A stretch of DNA of 64,000 bases from Candidatus Uhrbacteria bacterium (GTDB lineage: Bacteria > Patescibacteriota > Patescibacteriia > UBA9934), in the NCBI GenBank assembly GCA_018664485.1, contig JABJOE010000009.1, positions 76,635 to 140,634 of the forward strand. The letters are read 5' to 3'. This document shows, piece by piece, positions 54,124 through 61,665 of this stretch. Each line of letters begins with the position of its first letter. The first letter of the stretch is position 1. The notes below the pieces were generated by a model, which worked only from the letters and a program-made list of their open reading frames with translations, had not been told where the DNA came from and searched no databases. The translations under genes and the position numbers were made by a program.

Positions 54124-54164
54124 TGTTTGATTGAGCCGTACTAATCGTACGGTGAGGTCAAACA
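54124..54164. repeat. REP-like palindrome copy 2
   Basis: TGTTTGA-TTGAGCCGTACtaatcGTACGGTGAGG-TCAAACA. The outer stem covaries with copy 1. Confidence 0.5.
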
Positions 54165-54207
54165 GAGGCTCTATAAGTCAAAAATGTGCCAAATAGATGT
54201 GATTAAG

Positions 54208-55818
54208 CTACATAAGGGAAGCTCCTGTCATTTCTGGTGGCTGCTCCAGCCCTAGTTGCGCCAATATAGTCGGAGCAACATCGGCAAGCATCCCAATCGG
54301 TGGCACCAATGACAAATCACCATTAGGTATATCACCAGATGGACCGGGCTGCCCCTCAAGCTCATTGCTTACAACCCAAAATGGAACCGGATTTGTACTG
54401 TGTTCTTTATCCATATCTCCGGTCTGTAAATTCTGAACCTCCTCGGCGTTACCGTGATCTGCAGTAATGAAAACTATTCCATCCTTTTTCAAAACAGCGT
54501 CGACAATTCTTCCGACAGATTCGTCTACAACCTCGACGGCCTTAATCGTGGCATCCAAATTTCCGGTATGCGCAACCATATCCGGATTAGCAAAGTTCAT
54601 AATGATCATGTCGTAGTTATCTGTCTTCAACTCCTTTAAAACACGATCCGTAATCTCTCTCGCTGACATTTCCGGCTGCTTATCATAAGACGCAACCTGA
54701 GGTGACGGAATAATTGCACGATCCTCATGCTCGAAAGGCTCCTCGCGTGTTCCGTTGAAGAAAAAAGTTACGTGAGCATACTTTTCCGTTTCAGCAATAT
54801 GCAGTTGCACTAAACCATTTTTTGAAACAACCTCGGATAATCCATTTTGGATAACCGACGGTGGATACGCTACATCAACCGGCAACCCCTTTTCATATTG
54901 AGCCATCGTAACGAATGTAACGTTCTCAATATAGGTTCGTTCAAACTTATCAAACGATGGAAGTACAAAAGCTTTTGTAATTTGTCGCGCACGGTCAGGT
55001 CGATAATTAAAGAAAATAACAGCATCTCCAGACTTCACCGTAGCCACAGGCTCACCCTTTTTGGTAACGACTGTCGGCGGAAATTCTTCATCGTACACCT
55101 CATTACCATACGAAGCCTTGATAGCCTCAAATACATCCTCAGTCATTGCTTGAGACTCCCCTTTTACAATTGCGTTATATGCTTTACCTGTTCGATCCCA
55201 ACGATTGTCACGATCCATCGCAAAATACCGACCAGAAAGTGTGGCAATTCTCCCAACTCCAATATCTTTAATCTTTTGATCCAACGCAGTTATAAAATCG
55301 ATCCCCGAATTATACAAAGTATCGCGACCATCCATGAACGCATGAATAGCCACATCTTTTATTCCATGTTTTTTGGCAAGATCAAGAAGAGCATGACAAT
55401 GAGCGTCGTATCCGTGAACTTTTCCAGCACTCACAATCCCCATTAAATGCAATGTCCCCCCTGTCTGTTTCACCTGACTCACAGCCTTCAGTAAAGCTTC
55501 ATTTTCAAAAAAACCACCGCCTTGAATATCCTGCTCAATACGCGGCATCGTTTGGTAGTACACGCGACCAGCACCGATCGTAAGGTGGCCAACTTCTGAA
55601 TTCCCCATCTCCCCCCAAAGCAAACCAACCGTCTCGCCCGAAGCACGAACTGTCATCGTTGGGTAACGCTGAATTAGCTTATCGAATGTAGGGGTTTTAG
55701 CGCGAGAAATAGCATTCCCCTCACCATCTGGTGCGGCGCCAAGACCATCTATCACCATCAACACCGCTGGTCGTGGTCGTTTATTTGTATTTGGTATAGG
55801 GGTAGGCAAATCAGACAT
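54208..55818 (-). CDS. gpmI: 2,3-bisphosphoglycerate-independent phosphoglycerate mutase
   Basis: VIDGLG...SEVGHL...; alkaline-phosphatase-superfamily metal ligands; about 535 aa. Confidence 0.85.
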   Translation of the reverse strand: MSDLPTPIPNTNKRPRPAVLMVIDGLGAAPDGEGNAISRAKTPTFDKLIQRYPTMTVRASGETVGLLWGEMGNSEVGHLTIGAGRVYYQTMPRIEQDIQGGGFFENEALLKAVSQVKQTGGTLHLMGIVSAGKVHGYDAHCHALLDLAKKHGIKDVAIHAFMDGRDTLYNSGIDFITALDQKIKDIGVGRIATLSGRYFAMDRDNRWDRTGKAYNAIVKGESQAMTEDVFEAIKASYGNEVYDEEFPPTVVTKKGEPVATVKSGDAVIFFNYRPDRARQITKAFVLPSFDKFERTYIENVTFVTMAQYEKGLPVDVAYPPSVIQNGLSEVVSKNGLVQLHIAETEKYAHVTFFFNGTREEPFEHEDRAIIPSPQVASYDKQPEMSAREITDRVLKELKTDNYDMIIMNFANPDMVAHTGNLDATIKAVEVVDESVGRIVDAVLKKDGIVFITADHGNAEEVQNLQTGDMDKEHSTNPVPFWVVSNELEGQPGPSGDIPNGDLSLVPPIGMLADVAPTILAQLGLEQPPEMTGASLM

Positions 55819-55986
55819 ATATAACATCAGTATACCACTTATTTGAAACTTACTTTCCCTGGCTATGACTACTCAAGTTTTTTATGTGTATACCTTGACG
55901 AAAGCATTAGACTATAATACTTTTCAAAAAGAATCTGAGCAGCATATTCACGCTGTCTGGAACCCTCACTCCAACAAAGAGTCACT

Positions 55987-56124
55987 ATGAGCCCTTTGGA
56001 AATCGGCTGCCTCCTTGCGATCATCGCCATCATGCAAATGTTTGGCAATGACAATGACTTCTCACACCAAGTAGGAACGAAAAAGAAGATGAACGCATTT
56101 CTCACCAACTCGCCCTCAATCTGA
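55987..56124 (+). CDS. possible small hydrophobic protein (45 aa), not in ORF track
   Basis: Manual translation gives MSPLEIGCLLAIIAIMQMFGNDNDFSHQVGTKKKMNAFLTNSPSI, with an AAAGAG SD-like sequence upstream. It ends inside the first trailer repeat. Confidence 0.25.
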   Translation: MSPLEIGCLLAIIAIMQMFGNDNDFSHQVGTKKKMNAFLTNSPSI

Positions 56125-56196
56125 GGGCATTTCCAGAGCAGATCAAAAGATGGTCAATTCTGGAAAATACAAAATCGCCTTAACAGCGTTTTTTGC
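56111..56196 (+). repeat. trailer repeat copy 1 (covarying hairpin plus TGGTCAATTCTG...AAAATCGCCTTAAC(A/G)GCG T-run)
   Basis: GCCCTCA-atc-TGAGGGC here against GCCCTT-tctc-AAGGGC in copy 2. About 45 nt of the downstream part are conserved. Confidence 0.6.
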
Positions 56197-56235
56197 TTTT
56201 ATATCGAAAGTAACCCAAAAACCGTTCACTGCAAC

Positions 56236-56264
56236 TTGACAAAAAGGCTAAAATCTGCTATTAT
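56236..56264 (+). promoter_or_regulatory. strong consensus promoter (TTGACA, 17 nt, TATTAT) for the candidate small RNA
   Basis: ACTTGACAAAAAGGCTAAAATCTGCTATTAT. Confidence 0.55.
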
Positions 56265-56270
56265 ACGCAT

Positions 56271-56410
56271 GTGTTAGAGAAGTAATCTAGTTACGATTAC
56301 TTCAAAGTATCTTCAAAACTCATGGGCCACTCGCCTCGCCCAAAAGTAGGCAAAAACATGAAATCATGTTCCCTTACGTTGACCCGTAAGATTTTGGACA
56401 TGAGTTTTTT
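56271..56410 (+). ncRNA. candidate small RNA of about 140 nt with three internal hairpins, a closing helix and a U7 tail
   Basis: GAAGTAATC/GATTACTTC 9-bp stem. CATG-aaat-CATG. CTTACG-ttgacc-CGTAAG. Closing CTCATG...CATGAG then TTTTTTT. No ORF of meaningful size. Confidence 0.4.
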
Positions 56411-56491
56411 TATAATCAGACTTTGGTACCTCGCGATGATACATAAACGTATTTCGCGCAGCAGGAGCTACACAACATAACAGTCTCGCTA

Positions 56492-56549
56492 CTTGCGGGC
56501 GGTCACATCAAGCACAGAAATCCTTCTGTTCTTGCCATGACCTTTGGAG
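56492..56549 (+). repeat. leader repeat copy 1 (…GGTCACATCAAGCACAGAAATCCTTCTG…GCCATGACCTTTGGAG)
   Basis: About 55 nt are shared with 57276..57335. It contains the CAGAA-atcc-TTCTG hairpin and ends in a GGAG SD. Confidence 0.7.
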
Positions 56550-56554
56550 ACCAA

Positions 56555-57229
56555 ATGTTCCTTATAGCCATTCTTCTGAACCTTCTTGGAAGCATCGCTG
56601 TCGCTTCTGATGACTGCAAACAAGTTGTCAGCGTTTACCACTACACGCTAGCTGAAGGAGTTGTCTTTCTGGCAGGAGAATCGAACAAAAAGATGGAGAT
56701 ATTCGACAACGAATTCTTCTGTGTTACAGGCGACACCTTCACGGCCAGCTACATGAAAAATGGTGAAACTCTAAAAAAATTCACCACCCCAATTGAAGCG
56801 GGAAATCACTACGTATACGAAGGTAGTATGCCCGACCATCCAGATGATGAGTATCTTGTGAAGATTCAACAGCCAACTCAAGAGAACCTCATCTTCCGTT
56901 TTGGAGACGACTGGAAAGCACAGACACTTACTCCGACTGAAAGTAAATGTGTAAAGCTGACCGCCAGAATAACATGCAGCGCAAATACAAACTCCTCACT
57001 TATCGTTGGTGACGAAGTTGTTGAGCAAGGCGACAACGTTGAGCTATGCATCAAACCTTTAAAGAGCATCATCCCCGTAGAAGTAGCAACACAAAATAAC
57101 GCTTGGTATGCAGACGAAGGTGATGAGTGGATCAGAAACTACGGAACCTACTTGTCAAAAGGAAACAACTGGGAATGGAACGCTAGCAGGAATTACTGCA
57201 CAGTAGACATATCCCAAACCAATCAGTAA
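56555..57229 (+). CDS. hypothetical secreted protein
   Basis: ORF 56537..57229 trimmed to MFLIAILLNLLGSIAVASDDC, after a GGAGA SD. Signal peptide; no family recognised. Confidence 0.5.
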   Translation: MFLIAILLNLLGSIAVASDDCKQVVSVYHYTLAEGVVFLAGESNKKMEIFDNEFFCVTGDTFTASYMKNGETLKKFTTPIEAGNHYVYEGSMPDHPDDEYLVKIQQPTQENLIFRFGDDWKAQTLTPTESKCVKLTARITCSANTNSSLIVGDEVVEQGDNVELCIKPLKSIIPVEVATQNNAWYADEGDEWIRNYGTYLSKGNNWEWNASRNYCTVDISQTNQ

Positions 57230-57275
57230 AAGTAAGGCACTTCAACCGCCATACATTCGACCCGCGGCACCTCGT

Positions 57276-57335
57276 TGCCTGCGGGGGTCACATCGAGTGC
57301 AGAAATCCTTCTGCTTTCGCCATGACCTTTGGAGG
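57276..57335 (+). repeat. leader repeat copy 2
   Basis: See copy 1. Confidence 0.7.
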
Positions 57336-57339
57336 ATTC

Positions 57340-57582
57340 ATGACCAAACAGCTAACCAAGACGCCACGAAATCTCACAATATTACTGATTTTATCCCTCA
57401 TTTCCAGCAGCGCATTTCTAGGGGTAGTTCTCAATAACTGGAAATCTGTATTCTTTGGACAGGAGTGGATACCGAGAACAACTTACCTATACGTAAGTAT
57501 AGGTTTATATAGCCTCAGTCTCATTCTCATTACCTTATCAATTATATCCATGTACTCGTGGATCAAAAAAAGTTACTCGTAA
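57340..57582 (+). CDS. hypothetical small two-TM membrane protein
   Basis: ORF 57322..57582 trimmed to MTKQLTK, after a GGAGGA SD. Confidence 0.45.
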   Translation: MTKQLTKTPRNLTILLILSLISSSAFLGVVLNNWKSVFFGQEWIPRTTYLYVSIGLYSLSLILITLSIISMYSWIKKSYS

Positions 57583-57605
57583 AGTAACAATATACTGAAC
57601 TCTTA

Positions 57606-57688
57606 CCCTTTCTCAAGGGCCTCACCAGAGAAGATCACTCAGTGGTCAATTCTGAGAAATAAAAAATCGCCTTAACGGCGCTTTTTTG
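57606..57688 (+). repeat. trailer repeat copy 2 with small terminator
   Basis: See copy 1. CGCC-ttaa-CGGCG then TTTTTT. Confidence 0.6.
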
Positions 57689-57733
57689 TTATTGCAAACT
57701 AGCTATTACTGGCCTGGTCGCGCTCGAATATAC

Positions 57734-58054
57734 CTATCGATTAACTGCAACGGCTGAATCTCCTCCCACCACATATTTAACTTCTTCCATCTCTACCAAT
57801 CCTAGCATCTGCATTCGTGTCGTTACGCTATCCACACTTTGCAATCGAGAAACTGTAAGCTTGAGCCGTTCGTTATCATGCTCCAGCGCAGAAATTCCAC
57901 GATCCAAATCGCGCATAGCGTATCCGGACGTTGCAGCTACATTAACTTGCCAAATATAGGAGAATCCAAGTACGACCGTCGTAATCAACAACGCGCGCAT
58001 CATCCAATTCCCTTGGCTAGTTAGATTCTTCAGTTTTGTGATGGGATTCATCAT
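57734..58054 (-). CDS. ftsL: FtsL-like cell division protein (start uncertain)
   Basis: Small bitopic protein with a TM helix, then a coiled-coil, directly downstream of rsmH in dcw order. Confidence 0.45.
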   Translation of the reverse strand: MMNPITKLKNLTSQGNWMMRALLITTVVLGFSYIWQVNVAATSGYAMRDLDRGISALEHDNERLKLTVSRLQSVDSVTTRMQMLGLVEMEEVKYVVGGDSAVAVNR

Positions 58055-58919
58055 ATTCCTCCAAATTTCTTTCTGCAATACGTAATTTAGCGCTGCGTGC
58101 ACGTGGGTTCTGTAAAACTTCGTCGTGTGAAGCGCGAATCACGTGTTTGTTTATAGGGTCAAGATACGCAGACCCTTTAATGAATCGCTTAACTATACGA
58201 TCTTCCAACGAATGGAATGTAAGTACTGCTAGTCGGCCACCGGGAACAAGTGCCTCTTCAATCGCATCTAGTCCTCGTACCAATTCACCGAACTCATCGT
58301 TAACTACAATGCGTAAGGCTTGGAAAACGCGCGTTGCCGGATGCATCCTGCCACGACGACGAACAGTTTGAGCAATAAAGTCAGCCAACTGTGTCGTACG
58401 TTCAAATCTCTCACGCTTTCTCTGCTTTGTGATGGCGTCGGCAATTTGTGCCGCCATTGGCTCTTCTCCCAATTGACGAAACAATGCTGCTAACTCATCT
58501 TTTGTCCAACTGTTTATCACTCCGTCTGCCGTCATCTCCTGTCGAGTGTCGTAACGCATGTCGAGTGGTCCATCTTTTTGGAATGAGAAACCACGAGTCG
58601 CATCATCGACATGTACGGACGAATACCCAAGGTCATACACTGCTGCATCAATGGAATCCAATTCATATTCTCCTAAGTTTGCATATGAGTCGTGAATAAA
58701 CTTGATACGCTTTGCGTCACTCTTCAAATTCCTTTGTGCCAGATCCAAGTTACGAACATCACGATCAAACGCGATAAGTTCACCATCTGGAGCATTGGCA
58801 GCAAGAAGCAAGCGGGCATGACCACCTAATCCGACAGTTGCGTCTAAAACGCGCATGCCGGGTTTGATATTCAACCCTTCAATTACTTCACCTGCAAGAA
58901 CTGGTATATGTTCCGCCAT
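58017..58919 (-). CDS. rsmH: 16S rRNA (cytosine1402-N4)-methyltransferase
   Basis: MAEHIPVL...DATVGLGGH… is the MraW signature. Confidence 0.9.
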   Translation of the reverse strand: MAEHIPVLAGEVIEGLNIKPGMRVLDATVGLGGHARLLLAANAPDGELIAFDRDVRNLDLAQRNLKSDAKRIKFIHDSYANLGEYELDSIDAAVYDLGYSSVHVDDATRGFSFQKDGPLDMRYDTRQEMTADGVINSWTKDELAALFRQLGEEPMAAQIADAITKQRKRERFERTTQLADFIAQTVRRRGRMHPATRVFQALRIVVNDEFGELVRGLDAIEEALVPGGRLAVLTFHSLEDRIVKRFIKGSAYLDPINKHVIRASHDEVLQNPRARSAKLRIAERNLEEYDESHHKTEESN

Positions 58920-58939
58920 AACTCTGAGAGATATTTAGA

Positions 58940-59380
58940 CTATAATCCCATCTCTCCTAACTCCTCAGCAATGTCGACCGCATCTTTTTCTGTCTGCGTT
59001 CGATATGCCTCCCATTTATCTTTGTCCCACACTTCAAGTCGTGAATGGACACCGACAATAACTACGCCCTTTTTCAAGGATGCGTAATCGCGTAAATACT
59101 CAGGGATTACGAATCGTCCCTGCTTGTCCAATCGCACATCCATAGCGCCCGCAAGCATGAGTCGGGCGAAGGCGCGTGATCGAGCTTGCCCCAAGGGTAA
59201 ACTAGCAATCTTGTCAGATAGTTTCCCCCACTCCTCCAAGGGCAGCAGGAACAACGAAGAATCCAGACCTCGCGTGACAACCGCCCCCTTCGCAAGATCT
59301 GAACGAAATTTCGTCGGAACGGCGAGCCGTCCTTTTTCGTCGATTGAGTGATTATATTCCCCTATGAAATGCATAGGCAT
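58940..59380 (-). CDS. mraZ: transcriptional regulator MraZ
   Basis: Two MraZ/SpoVT-like repeats (…DEKGRLAVP… and …DKQGRFVIP…). Confidence 0.85.
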   Translation of the reverse strand: MPMHFIGEYNHSIDEKGRLAVPTKFRSDLAKGAVVTRGLDSSLFLLPLEEWGKLSDKIASLPLGQARSRAFARLMLAGAMDVRLDKQGRFVIPEYLRDYASLKKGVVIVGVHSRLEVWDKDKWEAYRTQTEKDAVDIAEELGEMGL

Positions 59381-59810
59381 AGAAAGAGCACGGCGGTTTG
59401 TCCCCGATCACAATCCATTTAGAACTCTGATAGATGATTCTAAGCGGTTTATGATAAGGGGAAGATTCCTGAAACGGCTTTCACATTTGGATCACTTTAC
59501 TGATCTCAAATCTGTAAGCCGCTACCGCGCGCTCTTTTTTTATTTAAGAAAAAAAGCCGAAGATAGCTGAATGAGCTTTGAAATATCTCAACGAGACAAA
59601 TCTTTTCTCATTCCCCACTTCGTGCCAGTACTACTCCACTCTAACCCACTACTCACCTAGAGTCAACCAAAGTTATCCACCGAGCTGAGCTCGGTTTAAA
59701 CCTGGTTTTATATTTTTCATGTAAGAAAATTCGGATAAAATAAAAAAACCTGTATGATTTATACAGATACGCTACTCTTGTGTGTCATAAACCCCCGACC
59801 TGGAGTCGGC

Positions 59811-59951
59811 ATGGGAGAGAGAAGAAAACCACAACCACCAAACATGCTCTTTGGTCTCGTCTGCCTGTTCATAGCCCTCACATTGTGGGTCGTGATCAAC
59901 AGCGATTCACTTGAACCACTAGACAGCATCGTCGCACTCGCCGCCAGATAG
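59811..59951 (+). CDS. possible small single-TM peptide (46 aa)
   Basis: MGERRKPQPPNMLFGLVCLFIALTLWVVINSDSLEPLDSIVALAAR, after a GGAG SD. Followed by the terminator CCGCGCC-ctcactcgaga-GGCGCGG + T-run. Confidence 0.3.
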   Translation: MGERRKPQPPNMLFGLVCLFIALTLWVVINSDSLEPLDSIVALAAR

Positions 59952-60072
59952 CTACCGAAGACTCCGCAGAGTCACCCGTTCGCCGCCGCGCCCTCACTCG
60001 AGAGGCGCGGTACATTGCTTTAAAAAAATTACATTACTATTTTTATACAAGATCCGGGGGCACGGCAAACCC

Positions 60073-60101
60073 TTGACAAATGCGTAGAATTCGTGTACTT
60101 T
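60073..60101 (+). promoter_or_regulatory. putative promoter (TTGACA, 17 nt, TACTTT)
   Basis: Seen upstream of the second small peptide gene. Confidence 0.35.
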
Positions 60102-60123
60102 GGCACGTCACCCCAGGAGACAG

Positions 60124-60264
60124 ATGGTCAAACAAAACCTTAACCTGATCGGCCTCATGATAGCTGGAGCCGTTCTTGCCCTTGCACTGTTTGCAGACGA
60201 TGGACAAATCACTCTTCTCAACGCTGACGTCCGTAAAGCTCGCAGTCGATTCAATCAACGGTAA
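60124..60264 (+). CDS. possible small single-TM peptide (46 aa), paralog of 59811..59951
   Basis: MVKQNLNLIGLMIAGAVLALALFADDGQITLLNADVRKARSRFNQR, after an AGGAGA SD. Followed by a near-identical terminator (CCGCGCC-ctcgtaactcgagt-GGCGCGG + T-run). Confidence 0.3.
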   Translation: MVKQNLNLIGLMIAGAVLALALFADDGQITLLNADVRKARSRFNQR

Positions 60265-60343
60265 ACGCTCCGTTGTCTGCCGCGCCCTCGTAACTCGAGT
60301 GGCGCGGTAACTGTTTTATATAATCAGAAAAAACAAAACCACC

Positions 60344-61663
60344 CTATTTTTTTCGGCGTTTTATTCCAGATGCTTTTGTTCGCAACGTACGATGATACTT
60401 AACTGCAAAACGATGGGCTTCATCTCGTGCTTTTTGAAAAATCTCCTTCCCTGCAGCAGCGACACGAGCCAACTCTAAATCACTCCTGTCAAAAACTAAA
60501 CGATCCTGTTTACGATCAAAACCTTTTGCAATACCGATCACCGGAACATGTACATCAAACTCCTCCATCACCTCACGTACTCGATTCACTTGCCCCAATC
60601 CCCCGTCAATAACCATAACCTCAGGCAATGCCCATGCATGTTCGTATTGCTTGGCGCGCTTCAACCGTCTTCGCATCACCTCCTCCATGCACCCTACATC
60701 ATCTGACCCTTCAACAGTTTTTATCTTAAATTTTCGGTACTGATCTTTTGCAGGCTGTCCTTCCATAAATACAACCATCGAACCTACTGCTGACGTTCCA
60801 GAAATATTACTAATGTCGTACGCCTCAATACGACCATTCAAATCAAACACAAAATCGTATACCTTCTTGTACGGCAATGTAACATCCTCTTTTGTGATAA
60901 GCGCTACGTCTTGGATATGTTCAAGTGAGAAAATTTGCCGTCGCAGCACAGCGGCCTCTTCAAACTCTTCGTCCTTAGCACGAGCCTTCATTTCTTTTTT
61001 TAATCGACGAATCAAAACCTCTTTCTTACCATCAAAAAATAACATCAATCTTCGAATCGTCTTTTTATATTCTGTCTTGCTGATCGCCTCAGTACATACT
61101 CCCGGACACTTCTTGATATGTGCATCAAAACAAGGACGCTTTCGCCCAGGCTGACAAATACTCCAGGGAATACTTCCACGAATCAACTCCAACGACTTCT
61201 TCAAAGAACGTGAGCTTGTAAAAGGTCCGTATACAGCTAAAAATTTCTTCTTCGTTTTTGCAGACAAAGTTTTATCAAATGGATTAATCCCCAATCGCTC
61301 AATCTCCTGCCCTCGCATTAAAAGCGGACGCGGATAATCTTCATTCGTGATAACGAGGTACATGAACGTCTTATCGTCCTTCAACAAAACATTGTAATAC
61401 GGGTTGTAAGCTTTTATCTGGTTAGCCTCGAGTACCAAAGCTTCAATGACCGTCGGTGTAATAATAAAATCAATTCGCGCAATCCTTGAAACAAGTTGCG
61501 CTATTCGATTATCATGAGCCTTTGTAAAATATGACCCCACCCGCTTCTTTAGCGATGTCGCCTTACCTATATACAGAAGCTCATCGTCCGCACCATAATA
61601 AAAGTACACCCCTGGTAAATCCGGGAGCTGCCCTTCTTTAATTTTTATATTCTCTGGTATCAT
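60344..61663 (-). CDS. uvrC: excinuclease ABC subunit C, short form
   Basis: N-terminal GIY-YIG (GVYFYYGADDELLYIGKA), UvrBC region and RNase H-like endonuclease domain. 439 aa, without the C-terminal HhH pair. Confidence 0.8.
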   Translation of the reverse strand: MIPENIKIKEGQLPDLPGVYFYYGADDELLYIGKATSLKKRVGSYFTKAHDNRIAQLVSRIARIDFIITPTVIEALVLEANQIKAYNPYYNVLLKDDKTFMYLVITNEDYPRPLLMRGQEIERLGINPFDKTLSAKTKKKFLAVYGPFTSSRSLKKSLELIRGSIPWSICQPGRKRPCFDAHIKKCPGVCTEAISKTEYKKTIRRLMLFFDGKKEVLIRRLKKEMKARAKDEEFEEAAVLRRQIFSLEHIQDVALITKEDVTLPYKKVYDFVFDLNGRIEAYDISNISGTSAVGSMVVFMEGQPAKDQYRKFKIKTVEGSDDVGCMEEVMRRRLKRAKQYEHAWALPEVMVIDGGLGQVNRVREVMEEFDVHVPVIGIAKGFDRKQDRLVFDRSDLELARVAAAGKEIFQKARDEAHRFAVKYHRTLRTKASGIKRRKK

Positions 61664-61665
61664 CC

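Noticed and set aside
55895-55918. Considered TTGACG…TATAAT upstream of the 45-aa ORF as a promoter.
   Set aside because: The spacer is only 12 nt. It may be a decayed copy of the ACTTGACAAAAG…TTTTTTATGT module rather than a functional sigma70 promoter.
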